Counted from the first letter of the stretch, positions 31,457-41,809 are shown. The stretch is DNA of 64,000 nt from Nitrospirales bacterium (GCA_963555755.3 OY820905.2:3680001-3744000); one strand, 5' to 3'. Notes: a model not told the origin generated them from the letters alone. Translations and numbers: made by a program.

Positions 31457-31633
31457 TCAATGGAAATCCAAGGTGGCCTTGGCCTTCAGGGTTCCATCGA
31501 CCATGGAAATTATTTCCCCATGAAGTTTGCTTCCATCTTTTAAATGAATGTGCCCTGGAGTCGAAGCACCGTGGCCCGCCCCAGACAAAACCACGACCAA
31601 TGTGGCGAAAGAGACCAAAATCTTTGGGCACAT
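31457..31633 (-). pseudogene. Truncated exported protein fragment
   Basis: Signal peptide then IHLKDGSKLHGEIISM, early stop. Confidence 0.35.
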
Positions 31634-31877
31634 GAAATTCCGTATCTTCGTTGAAAGTACTAAGGGGCGTTGTAAGGGTGCAAACATAAGAGCTCGTTCA
31701 TGATGTGACATGGGAATAGGAATTTAAAGGGCCTTTTTGACTAGACAGGAAATTATCAAAGAAGTCACTGGGGGGTCATTCGCACCAATCAGGGAATGAA
31801 TACCGCATCTGTCAGGTGAGCCATTGAAGCCCCCCCGATTCGCCTGACAAGTGGACACATTATTTTGTGACAAGTCC

Positions 31878-32837
31878 TTAATAGGGTGGCCGGCTGTTGC
31901 TGAGGCACAGGTCTACCAAGTCGTCGAGGCGCGCGGTCCCGGCACACATCACGGTGTCTGCGCCACCCCAGTAAATCTTTACGCCGCCCTCGTCATCCGC
32001 GACCGCACCGCAGGTAAAGACGACGTTGTGGACGTAGCCAGTGATTTCCCAGGGATCCTCTGGGGCCAGCACCCATTCGTCTGAGACGCCGATAATTTTC
32101 GCGGGGTTGGTGAGATCATGCAACGCTACGCCGAGGCGATAGACCGCCCCGTCCATGGTCTCGAATACTCCGTGGTAGATGCTGAGCCAGCCGCGCTCAG
32201 TGCGGATCGGGGGCGCACCGGGACCGATTTTCGACTCATCCCAGTGGTATGGCACCGGTTTCATGACCACTTCGGAATCGCCCCAGTGCACCAGGTCCGG
32301 TGACCATGACAGCCATACGGACCAAGGACTGATCTCAGAATGGGGACGATCCAGACGGGCGTAACGGCCATTGAACCGCTCTGGGAAGATGACGACATTA
32401 CGCATGTCTGCCTGAGTGATCAGCGCAACCCGCTCGACGGATCGAAAGTCCATGGTTTTTGCCAGCCCGATACGCACACCGTGGCGTGAATAGGCGCTGT
32501 AGGTAATCAGGTATTCCCCGTCTATATACGAGATTCTGGGGTCCTCCACCCCGAAGGCCTCGTATTCTGCAAATGCGCCTTCTGTCGATGGAATCATGAA
32601 TGGTTCCGTTCCGGCTGTGAACTTGAACCCATCCTCACTCTCGGCGATCCCGATGATAGATCGACCACTGCGCAAATGGGATCGAAATAGCATGATGTAG
32701 CGCCCGTTGTGCCGTGCGATGCCGGCGTTGTGCACGGTTTCCACCGGATAGGGGATATCGTGTCTGGTGAGGATCGGGTTGGTCGGGCAGCGTTCGATCA
32801 CCGGCTGAATGTTACACCTGCTACGGGGAGCGGCCAT
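31878..32837 (-). CDS. GH130-family glycoside phosphorylase/hydrolase
   Basis: NPIL, HNAG, GVEDPR, RNVVIFPE, KIGPGAPP, YHGV, NVVF. Confidence 0.92.
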   Translation of the reverse strand: MAAPRSRCNIQPVIERCPTNPILTRHDIPYPVETVHNAGIARHNGRYIMLFRSHLRSGRSIIGIAESEDGFKFTAGTEPFMIPSTEGAFAEYEAFGVEDPRISYIDGEYLITYSAYSRHGVRIGLAKTMDFRSVERVALITQADMRNVVIFPERFNGRYARLDRPHSEISPWSVWLSWSPDLVHWGDSEVVMKPVPYHWDESKIGPGAPPIRTERGWLSIYHGVFETMDGAVYRLGVALHDLTNPAKIIGVSDEWVLAPEDPWEITGYVHNVVFTCGAVADDEGGVKIYWGGADTVMCAGTARLDDLVDLCLSNSRPPY

Positions 32838-34170
32838 AGTCGTCCTCCAATCGAATAATGTCGTCTTCTCCGAAATAGTCCCCCATCTGAACTTCTACGA
32901 AGACCAGTGGGATGTTGCCAGGGTTCATAACTCTGTGGACTGCACCCTTGGGTATGTCAACAGACTGCCCTGGCTTGAGCAGGGTTTCCTGTTCCCCGAC
33001 CGTGACCAGTGCCACCCCGCTGACCACAGTCCAGTGCTCTGCCCGGTGCTGGTGCTTCTGGAGACTCAGCCGCTTGCCTGGCTTGACGATGATCTCCTTG
33101 ACTTTGTGATCGTCCCGTTCGAGGAGGTTTTCGTAGTGTCCCCACGGTCGGTGATTCTCCCGGTCATCGAGAATCCTCTGGTAGACGTCCAGGTATCGAC
33201 GCGCCATGTGCTGGCAAGTGAAGCGTTCCTCTACCTCGTCCCGGCAGACGCGTCGGTCGAGTGAGTCAATTTTGCCCACGGCATGAATGGCTGCATTCAC
33301 ATCTGCGACAAGAAATCCCGTGCTGCCGTCGCGAATGAGTTCCGACATTGATCCACGTCCATATGCGATCACCGGCGTGCCACAGGCCATGGACTCGACC
33401 ACGCTCAGTCCAAAGGGCTCGTCGAATTGGATCAGGTGCAACAACGCCAGGGCACCGCCCAGAATCTCTTGTCTTTTTTCCGGCCCGACGGAGCCGATGT
33501 ATTTCACCCCGGATCCATCAATGTGCGGCTCGACGTGTTTCTTGAAGTACACCTCGTCCTGCACGATTCCCGCGATCACGAGCGGGATGCCAGTCCTGTG
33601 CGCCACCTCAATGGCTTCGTGGACACCCTTGTCGGGGTGGATGCGTCCGAAGAACAACAGGTAGTTTCCTGGATTTTCCTGATAGGGAAATTGTGCGAGA
33701 TCGATGCCATGATAGATGGTTGCGATATAATCGAGTTCACGACACTTGTCGGCCTCGCTGATAGCCACGTAGTACGTCCGCATGTTGTACTTCCGATACA
33801 CCGGCCAAATTGACGACGAAGAGAATCCATGTATGGTCGTGACGATCGGTGTATCGGCAAAACCACTGTAACTGAGCGGTAAAAAATCGAACTGGTTGTG
33901 AATCAGATCGAATTCATCCGCTCGCCTGAATACCTCCGCTATATGCAGGCATTCCCATACCTTTGGGTTGATCGAGAGGTCTTCTGAGTAGGGTCGTTCG
34001 CATACCCAGGAGAGTGTGCCACGGGTGAGGGAATCTCCGGTCGCAAACAGTGTTACGTCTATACCCATTGCCACCAGCTCCTCCGTAAGGAGGCTGACCA
34101 CGTTTTCCCAAGGTCCGTAATGACGCGGTGGTGTACGCCAGGACAGGGGACTTAACATCGCAATTTTCAT
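32821..34170 (-). CDS. GT4 glycosyltransferase fused to a mannose-6-phosphate isomerase type II cupin
   Basis: PPRHYGPWE, GRIHPDKG, EPFGLSVVESMACGTP; RPWGHY...LSLQKHQHRAEHW...EDDIIRLEDDYGR. Confidence 0.92.
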   Translation of the reverse strand: MKIAMLSPLSWRTPPRHYGPWENVVSLLTEELVAMGIDVTLFATGDSLTRGTLSWVCERPYSEDLSINPKVWECLHIAEVFRRADEFDLIHNQFDFLPLSYSGFADTPIVTTIHGFSSSSIWPVYRKYNMRTYYVAISEADKCRELDYIATIYHGIDLAQFPYQENPGNYLLFFGRIHPDKGVHEAIEVAHRTGIPLVIAGIVQDEVYFKKHVEPHIDGSGVKYIGSVGPEKRQEILGGALALLHLIQFDEPFGLSVVESMACGTPVIAYGRGSMSELIRDGSTGFLVADVNAAIHAVGKIDSLDRRVCRDEVEERFTCQHMARRYLDVYQRILDDRENHRPWGHYENLLERDDHKVKEIIVKPGKRLSLQKHQHRAEHWTVVSGVALVTVGEQETLLKPGQSVDIPKGAVHRVMNPGNIPLVFVEVQMGDYFGEDDIIRLEDDYGRSP

Positions 34171-34226
34171 GTAGGACCTGCCTGCAAGGCTTCTAAACGC
34201 GGTGGGGTGGTGTTGTTAATAATGAT

Positions 34227-34367
34227 GGGCACCTCTAAAAACCGTCCTTTTCCGTGATGGCGGCGTCAGCCGCGTGCTCACATCCTCATGTATTCGCCCA
34301 TACACTCCGGTTTTCCGCGCGCGGCTTCCTTGCCCGCACAAAAAATGCCTGGTTTTTAAAGGTGCCC
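34227..34367. mobile_element. MITE family B (141 bp)
   Basis: GGGCACCT(C/T)TAAAAACC TIRs, TSD TGAT; 5 copies. Confidence 0.9.
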
Positions 34368-34625
34368 TGATGCTGTTAATAATCAGGAACAATTGTCCGA
34401 CATAGTAACACGATTTGCCGGACGGTCGACGGGAATAGAAAAAACATGCCGGGTATCGGATGGGACCAACTACGCGTTCCTCACTATTGGATTTTTCAAG
34501 CATGTCATTGGTGATGCCATTGAAGGCCAACATACCGTGCAAATAAAATATTCCACTATTATACTGTGTGGATTGCAATGCAAACTGCCTCAGACGAAAA
34601 AGCCTTGTTCCGGGTTGACACAGGA

Positions 34626-36119
34626 ATGATGGAAACCAAACCTATTCTCTCTACTCTCCTTGCACGGCGTAAGTCGATTGTGATGAATGTGAAGATGGCC
34701 CGCGTCATTACCCGGCCGTATCTGCCTGCCGGTGAAAAACGTATCCGAAACGTTATCCACCGGGTGCTGAATCTGGACGAGGACCAGGCCTGTTCGATAC
34801 TGGAAACCATCTTGAATGACTTCTCTCACCGTCACCGGGGCTTCAGGGTGGCGCTAGAGCGAAATTTCGAAAGAGTAATCCCCTTTATACCGAACGTCGA
34901 TAACCTGTCGAAACAACGGCGGCTTCTGATCGGCGCGTACTTTACCGCGGAATACTCTGTGGAAGCGGCGGCGTTGTTCAATCCCTCCATCGTGCAATTT
35001 CCGTCTCAAGACACGGATCCTGAAGGATCCTGCCGTTTCATTATGAGCTTTCGTGCCACCGGTGAAGGACACATCTCATCCATCGAGTTTCGCAGCGGAA
35101 TTATTGATATGAACAACGATATCTATTTCGATCCCCTGAGCGATTACGTCGAAACTCCAGAAATTCATCACAATCCAAGCTATGACCGGGACCAGTTTCG
35201 GCTGAAACTTCAGGAAATGGGGGCGAGCAACCTGGTGACACAATGGCTCCTCAGCCAATTGGCGGACACATTTACCTTCCACGACCTTCAGGGAAAGATC
35301 GTCGAACTCCAGGGCGTCGACCATTTCACACCACGAGAGAAAGCGGATGGCATCGAAATGTCGATGTGGCTGGCGCAATCCAATTACCAAATTTTCTTTC
35401 AAAAAGATCACCCGATTTCCGAGCGGGTCATCTTTCCGGTCTCGGAATCCGAGCGTAAGGGGATTGAGGATGCCCGTTTCGTGCGTTTCGTTGATGAGGA
35501 TGGCACCGCGACCTACTACGCCACCTATACCGCGTACAACGGAGAGACGATCCTGCCGCACCTCATTGAGACTGGAGACTTTCTCTCATTTAAGATTACG
35601 ACCTTGAATGGAACACAGGCGCAGGACAAAGGAATGGCTCTGTTCCCGAGAAAGATTCGTGGAAAGTACGCCATGCTGTCACGTCAGGGTGGAGAGAACA
35701 ACATGATCATGTTCTCGGACAATCTGTACTTCTGGGAGAAGGCCCAAATTTTGCAAAAGCCTATGTTTCCATACGAATTCATACAAATGGGGAACTGCGG
35801 CTCTCCCATTGAGACACCTGAAGGTTGGCTTGTTTTGACCCACGGGGTTGGCCCGATGCGGACCTACAGTATCGGACTCGAGTTGCTGGACCTGGAAGAT
35901 CCAACCCGGATAATCAGACGGATCGACGAGCCGATTTTGGTGCCGAATGAACATGATCGTGAGGGATACGTCCCCAACGTGGTGTACAGTTGCGGTGCAA
36001 TAATCTACCAGGACGAATTAATCATCCCGTACGCCTCGGCCGACCAGCGCTGTGGCATAGCGACTCTGCCAGTACCGCCAGTGATGGCCAGGCTGGCACA
36101 GAGTTCCACCGATAGATAG
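34626..36119 (+). CDS. Long GH130-like glycosidase
   Basis: EYSVEAAALFNPS, GEGHISS, GIEDARFV, DKGMALFPR, GNCGSP, GYVPNVVYSCG. Confidence 0.9.
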   Translation: MMETKPILSTLLARRKSIVMNVKMARVITRPYLPAGEKRIRNVIHRVLNLDEDQACSILETILNDFSHRHRGFRVALERNFERVIPFIPNVDNLSKQRRLLIGAYFTAEYSVEAAALFNPSIVQFPSQDTDPEGSCRFIMSFRATGEGHISSIEFRSGIIDMNNDIYFDPLSDYVETPEIHHNPSYDRDQFRLKLQEMGASNLVTQWLLSQLADTFTFHDLQGKIVELQGVDHFTPREKADGIEMSMWLAQSNYQIFFQKDHPISERVIFPVSESERKGIEDARFVRFVDEDGTATYYATYTAYNGETILPHLIETGDFLSFKITTLNGTQAQDKGMALFPRKIRGKYAMLSRQGGENNMIMFSDNLYFWEKAQILQKPMFPYEFIQMGNCGSPIETPEGWLVLTHGVGPMRTYSIGLELLDLEDPTRIIRRIDEPILVPNEHDREGYVPNVVYSCGAIIYQDELIIPYASADQRCGIATLPVPPVMARLAQSSTDR

Positions 36120-36155
36120 CCCAGCCCCGTTAGGCAGTTGGGGTCACATCGCTTC

Positions 36156-38492
36156 CTACGACGCCTCGCGAGCCTTCAATTGGGTAAGTTCTCCTTCCTG
36201 TGTGACATGCTCCAAACCGCGGTGGTTGTAGACGGCGAGCAGCGCCATGAGCCAGCAAAGAGAGGACTCTGCGCCCTGATTTTCATTCGCGCCATGCGTT
36301 TCCAGTCCATCCCGGCATCCCCCAGTGGAGTGGTCGTAGAGCGGAATCCTCAGGTCGTTCTCCCCCTGGTACCAGTTGAGACACCGGTACGCTTCAGCGA
36401 TCCATTCCTCGTCCCGCGTGCAGTTGAATGCCTCAATGCAGGCGTCCACCATCGCTGCTGCCTCGAGGGGCTGTTGATCGAATCGCGACTTTTCTCCGTC
36501 TCTGGCGAACCACCCCTGGTTGCCGATAGCGGCGAAATGGCAGCCTATCTCATCGGTCTGAACTTTCTTTAGCCAATCGAGCGCACGCAGTCCCATCTCT
36601 AGCATCTCCTGGTCTGGAAGCCATTGCCCTGAAAGCAGTAAAGCCTGTGGCAGTCTGGCGTTGTCGTAGGTCAGGACATCCTCACACCAGGGCCAGTCTT
36701 CGGTGGCGGAATCCCTGAACTGTTTCATGAGCTTGTTGGAAAGTATCTTGCGCATCTTTCTCGCCCGACTGTCCCCACTGTAGCGGGATAGGTACGCATG
36801 AATACCGATGATGACGAAGGCGATCGCCCGTGGGTGTGTGAAATGCTCGGTGGTTCCCAGCGCACGATGGAACAGGTCTGCCGCAAAATCCACCTGTCCC
36901 TTATCCCGACCCAACGCCACTGCGACGCCCAGGTCCCCCACCGCGCGACCGTGGGAATCCTCCGAGCCTGTTTCCTCGAGCCAGCGGTGATCATAGGACA
37001 TGAAGTTCCGGAACCGGTTGGTCTGACCATTGAAGGCATGGCCCAGAAAACTCAGGTACACGGTGATAAGGTCGCTCGGTGAGGAATCCAGAGGCTGGAG
37101 ATCCTGTGCCGTGACGGCGACAATCAACGCACGGGCATTGTCGTCCACGCAATAGCCGTGCGTCCGGTCTGGAACCGTGTACTGGGAGTGCTGAAGCATG
37201 CCCGTTTTATCGGTCATCCGGCGCACATGGTCCAGCTTGATCTCTGGTAGCTGTTGCTGGCGTAGTCCGAGGGTCTCCAATCTCCGCACGGGTACGATCT
37301 TTCGCAATCGTTGGCGTTTGGCCTCCACGAAGGTCTCGATATAGCGTCTGCCTACGTTGCTCCAGACCATTCTTCGACCGTAGTCATAGGCTCTCTTCTG
37401 CATGGCGCGGAGCTCGTCGGGATGGTCCAGGAGGTTGATGATCTTCCGTGCGAGTTGAATGTGATCCCGGAACGGAACCAATCTGCCTCGACCGTCGGCG
37501 AGCAGCTCCTGAGCGTGCCAATACGGTGTGGAGACCACCGCTTTGCCCATCCCAAACGCATAGGCAAGCGAACCGGATATAATCTGCGCCTCGTTCAGGT
37601 ATGGGGTGACATAAATATCTGCCGCCCCAATAAAGTCCCGCAAGTCCTCGTCGGCCATGAAACGGTCGTGGAAGACAATGTGGTCCGCGACACCGAGCTT
37701 TTTCGCGCGCAGATGAAGGCTGATTCTGTAGTTCTCCCCCTGTTCTGCCTTGAGGTGCGGATGGGTGGCGCCTACCACCAAGTAAATGACCTGTGGTTGG
37801 GCCTTCAGAATCTCCGGCAGGGCATCGATCACCACCTCAATGCCCTTTCCCGGCGAAAGCAGCCCGGAGGTCAGAATGACGCTCCTCCCCAATATGCTGA
37901 ACTTTTCCTTGTAGGCGTCGGATTCAACGAACGGGACGTCAGGAATGCCATGGTGAATCAGGATAATTTTCTCCTCCGGAACCTTGTAGATATCGCGCAG
38001 AAATTCGATTGACCGTTCGCTCATGACAACCAGCCGATCGGAGAATTCAGAGAGTTGCATCATAATATGCCGGTCCTGGAGGGTCGGATCTTTCAAGATC
38101 GTGTGCAAAGTCGTCACGACCGGAATCTTGATGTCACGCAACAGCTCGATAATGAAACTGCCCCGCTGGCCACCGAATATGCCGTATTCATGCTGGAGAC
38201 AGATCACGTCCACCTGGTTGAGGTTGAGCAGATCGGCGGTTAGGCTATATTCGTTCAGGAGGTTCTGGTTGATCTCGAACCGCACCTGAGACGGATAGGG
38301 ATAGCCTTCGGGCCGATCGTTCATCGCGACCGCCCAACAAGCTTTGTCCGGTGCATTCAGAGCGATTGATTCAAGAAGGTGCGAAGTGAATGTAGCCATG
38401 CCACACTGCCTGGGAAGGTAGTTCCCGATGAGGACAATGGCCTTTAGTGTTTCCCACTCCGGCCGTGAGCCTGTCTGGCTGTGGGTTTTCAT
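36156..38492 (-). CDS. GT4 glycosyltransferase with a C-terminal helical glycosidase-like domain
   Basis: PRQCGMATF, QHEYGIFGG, SGSLAYA, STPYWHA; HGYCVDDNARAL, FDQQPLE, NQGAES. Confidence 0.9.
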   Translation of the reverse strand: MKTHSQTGSRPEWETLKAIVLIGNYLPRQCGMATFTSHLLESIALNAPDKACWAVAMNDRPEGYPYPSQVRFEINQNLLNEYSLTADLLNLNQVDVICLQHEYGIFGGQRGSFIIELLRDIKIPVVTTLHTILKDPTLQDRHIMMQLSEFSDRLVVMSERSIEFLRDIYKVPEEKIILIHHGIPDVPFVESDAYKEKFSILGRSVILTSGLLSPGKGIEVVIDALPEILKAQPQVIYLVVGATHPHLKAEQGENYRISLHLRAKKLGVADHIVFHDRFMADEDLRDFIGAADIYVTPYLNEAQIISGSLAYAFGMGKAVVSTPYWHAQELLADGRGRLVPFRDHIQLARKIINLLDHPDELRAMQKRAYDYGRRMVWSNVGRRYIETFVEAKRQRLRKIVPVRRLETLGLRQQQLPEIKLDHVRRMTDKTGMLQHSQYTVPDRTHGYCVDDNARALIVAVTAQDLQPLDSSPSDLITVYLSFLGHAFNGQTNRFRNFMSYDHRWLEETGSEDSHGRAVGDLGVAVALGRDKGQVDFAADLFHRALGTTEHFTHPRAIAFVIIGIHAYLSRYSGDSRARKMRKILSNKLMKQFRDSATEDWPWCEDVLTYDNARLPQALLLSGQWLPDQEMLEMGLRALDWLKKVQTDEIGCHFAAIGNQGWFARDGEKSRFDQQPLEAAAMVDACIEAFNCTRDEEWIAEAYRCLNWYQGENDLRIPLYDHSTGGCRDGLETHGANENQGAESSLCWLMALLAVYNHRGLEHVTQEGELTQLKAREAS

Positions 38493-38613
38493 TGGGGAAG
38501 AGGAAAAACAAACTCCATTTTTTGACTAGCACGAAAGTAGCAAAGGGACCGAGTGGTGTCAATGACACCAATCAGCGGTTTAAAAATGTTCTTGGATTCA
38601 GCAGGCGCTTCAA

Positions 38614-39226
38614 CCTAGAAACAGCAATTGGATCACAAAAGTCCGCGCAAGCTCTTAGGACCTGCGAGAAAATAACTTGAACAATCTCGCATCCAATCTT
38701 CGGGCCATCTTTGAACGGGCCTCAATCGAAAAACCCTCACCATAGCTGTGCTATGCCTCGAGTGTTTCTCAATCGTTTCGTCCAAATCCGACCCAAATCT
38801 TGGCGCGATATTGATCAAGTTATTTTCTCGCAGGTCCTTAGGGTCCGTCACGAAATAACCGGGACAATTGGCCGAGACGATTTTGGAGCGAGCCAAGGAG
38901 CGAAGAGCGCGCATACCGGGAGTATGGAAGCGATGAGCGACGCCGGCGGAGCCCAAAAGCGTCCGGCCCTCCGGGGAGGCCCATCTTTGGCCCGGGGCGG
39001 CGTTGCTCCTCGGTCACAGAGCCCCGCTCTGCTCCCTCGTCGCGCCTTGCCCCGATCACAAATCTGGGCCTCCCAATTGTCCCGGTTATTTCGTGACGGA
39101 CCCTTAGCGCACCTGATAAAATACAAAAATGCCTTATCACCACCGAGGTGACTACGACTTTTTGTATTTCATCATGCACACCAATATCTTACACGGCTTT
39201 TTTTGCGCCCAACTGCCGTGTCTAGG
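38614..39226. mobile_element. Nested MITE composite G[F,D]
   Basis: G TSD TTCAA; TTA-F(38658-38837)-TTA-D(38841-39103)-TTA. Confidence 0.9.
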
Positions 39227-39369
39227 TTCAAAGAAAAAACTTAGATGGGGGAAAAAGGCTACTTCTCTCGTTCCGTGGTGATCTGCTATCTGGTTCTTAG
39301 AGATCCGGGAAGGGGAGCGTAACGGGAGGAAATCTGAAAGAGCTGTCGGGAGTCTAAGGAGAAGATTAA

Positions 39370-39510
39370 GGGCACCTCTACAAACCAGGCATTTTTTGTG
39401 AGGGCAAGGAAGCCGCGCGCGGAAAACCGGAGTGTATGGGCGAATACATGAGGATGTGAGCACGCGGCTGACGCCGCCATCACGGAAAAGGACGGTTTGT
39501 AGAGGTGCCC
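39370..39510. mobile_element. MITE family B
   Basis: TSD TTAA. Confidence 0.9.
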
Positions 39511-39794
39511 TTAAGTGAATGACCGAATGTAGCGGTGACCGTCTTGGGCAGGTTCTTTATGAAATGCCCACAGGGACAGTAGACGGAGCAGGGCGCCAAG
39601 TCGAGGTTGTGAATCGTATGAATACAACCGTTTGGGAGTATCTTCATCAGGGTACATGCCCATGTACCGTTCCCTAATCAAGTCCTTGCCGCAGGCCACA
39701 CACTCAACGATTCCCGGAAAGTTCCCTTCTTCGCTCATTCAGGTGCTTTCCGTTTTGTGAATCAGAACAATGTGGGCCTGACCCAACAGGACAA

Positions 39795-40235
39795 CTATTC
39801 CTTGCACCAATTTGGTTTCCCTGCTTTATCGGTTGCTGGCAAGGCAAATTTTTTGTCCAGAAGCAGTTTGGATACATTTTTTCCATTCGCCATAATCCGG
39901 GCGGTGAGGTAGAAGTGCTCACCCCGCTCCAAGTCGAATAACTCAATCTCCCTGGCGTTTTCCAACACGGTATTCACAAAATTTCTGGCTTTGAGGGCAA
40001 GCTGTTTTTCCTTAACACATTGTCCGAGGATTTCGGGAGTGTCGATTCCGGCAATGCGGATTAAAAGCACGTCGCCAAAAATATTGGGAACATTGGGGAT
40101 CGAGACGAAACAGGAGTGGGCGTGGTAACACCGATGAAATGTGACATTATGAAAATGGGGGTCAATGGCTGAGACGGATGAGGGAGTAACCCCCCAGAAT
40201 ATACCAAGAAGAAGAATAAGACGGAAGAATTTCAT
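39795..40235 (-). CDS. Exported thermonuclease (SNase)-fold protein
   Basis: Signal peptide, IRIAGIDTPE, EKQLALKARNFV, NWC tail. Confidence 0.8.
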   Translation of the reverse strand: MKFFRLILLLGIFWGVTPSSVSAIDPHFHNVTFHRCYHAHSCFVSIPNVPNIFGDVLLIRIAGIDTPEILGQCVKEKQLALKARNFVNTVLENAREIELFDLERGEHFYLTARIMANGKNVSKLLLDKKFALPATDKAGKPNWCKE

Positions 40236-40279
40236 CTCTAAACTGATTTTCCCTGACTGTGACGAATGTCTCTCATGAA

Positions 40280-40592
40280 CCTAGAAGCAGCAGTGTGGAT
40301 CACAAAGGTCCGGGCAAGCTCTTGGCCACCTGGTAAAATACATCACAACGAAGTGACCACGAATTTTTTTATTTCACCATGCGCACCAATATCTCACACG
40401 GCTTTTTTGCGTCCAACTGGTGTTTCGAAGCCTATCCGAGATTAGCGATCGTCACGAGGATGTGCTGGTTTGAGTCAGATATTTCGATCGTTTGAGGCGA
40501 ATAGTTGGGCTATTCAACGAGAAGGATCGGAATATCTGGCCAAATCCCGTGCATCCGGAGTAGATCCGTCTAATCTTTGACAGGCTCCTGGG
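40280..40592. mobile_element. MITE G with family H (40427-40588) inserted in its right TIR
   Basis: TSD ATGAA at 40275 and 40593; H homologous to 62156-62317. Confidence 0.78.
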
Positions 40593-40861
40593 ATGAAGGG
40601 GGAGAGTGTACCACAAAGAAAGGAGGACACAAAACGGAAAGCCAGTTGTTTCTCTTAAGAATTTGGCGACTCTCGTCCTTGAAGTCGGCCAGGGATTCTT
40701 AATTTTGGGGGTCAAGTTTCCATAAATTTTTGCCGAACAGAGGGAAGCTCTTGACCTTATTCAGGTTGTCAGAAAACCTGAGTCATGTCATGAGGTTTAG
40801 GTCAGTCGGAGGTCCAGAGGTTTATCTCGTCGTTACCCACTTTTTGCCATAAGAGGGGCTT

Positions 40862-41809
40862 ATGCGAAACCGGATTTCTTGTTCTGCTCAACAGTTAAGT
40901 CAACTTGAACCGGATATGGTGAAATCGGTGGTTGGTGGTCATGTGTATAAGCTAGGGAGTCAATATCTTTCCGAGAGTCGTGTACGAATTATTGATGCGC
41001 ATGAAGGACACATTAATTCCGAGGTGGATGGAACCTATGGTGTGTATTCCCAAACGATCCGGTTAAAGAGTGGCACTCTCTCCACCAAGTGTTCGTGTCC
41101 GGCTAGTGAACAACCGTTTTGCCGACATTGTGTTGCCGTATTGTTGCACTATTTCCATTCTCGGTCTCTGGAGGAAGTTGTGGTGGAACCTGTGCAAGAA
41201 CCTGTAAAAGAACCTGTGCAAGAACCTGTAAAAGAACCTTCTAAGAGAACTGCAAAAGAGTCCGCAAAAGAAATAGCCAGCGATCAGCCAGCCAGTGAGC
41301 CCCAGGCCGGGTCGCGCAATGTGGATTTCAAATTTCATGAAATTGGAGCGTTTGTTGATTGGATACACGGGGCCATGGATGCGTTGGCCAAGGATGAGCC
41401 TCTTCCCAGTATTCCGGATTTACCACCAGGAGCAGTTCGGAGTTGGACCGAGGCGATTCAGGACCTTCGAGTCCGATACCAGGCCAGTGAAGAAGAACGA
41501 ACCCAAGCCCAGACAGAATTACGCGATTGTCAGAATCAGATCGCTACCCTCACACAGGATTTGGACAAATCCACGAGCGAAGCCAAAAATTATAAAGTGA
41601 AGTACGCCGAAATGCGAAATGAGTTAGACCGTTGTCAAGAAATGCTTGAAGACCATGCGGTCGTTGTAAAAGAACGTGATAAGTACGTCGATCAAATGAA
41701 TGGGTTGCGAGGCGAGCTTTTGCGGAAAGGGGCTGAGCTTGATAGTTTGGCCGATTCTCTCAAGCAAGTCTCAAGTGCCTTGCAAGCCGCGACTCCCCCG
41801 CCGCGATAG
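40862..41809 (+). CDS. SWIM zinc-finger protein with a coiled-coil C-terminus
   Basis: CSCP...CRHCVAVLL; EPVQEPVK repeat linker; heptad-rich tail. Confidence 0.85.
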   Translation: MRNRISCSAQQLSQLEPDMVKSVVGGHVYKLGSQYLSESRVRIIDAHEGHINSEVDGTYGVYSQTIRLKSGTLSTKCSCPASEQPFCRHCVAVLLHYFHSRSLEEVVVEPVQEPVKEPVQEPVKEPSKRTAKESAKEIASDQPASEPQAGSRNVDFKFHEIGAFVDWIHGAMDALAKDEPLPSIPDLPPGAVRSWTEAIQDLRVRYQASEEERTQAQTELRDCQNQIATLTQDLDKSTSEAKNYKVKYAEMRNELDRCQEMLEDHAVVVKERDKYVDQMNGLRGELLRKGAELDSLADSLKQVSSALQAATPPPR

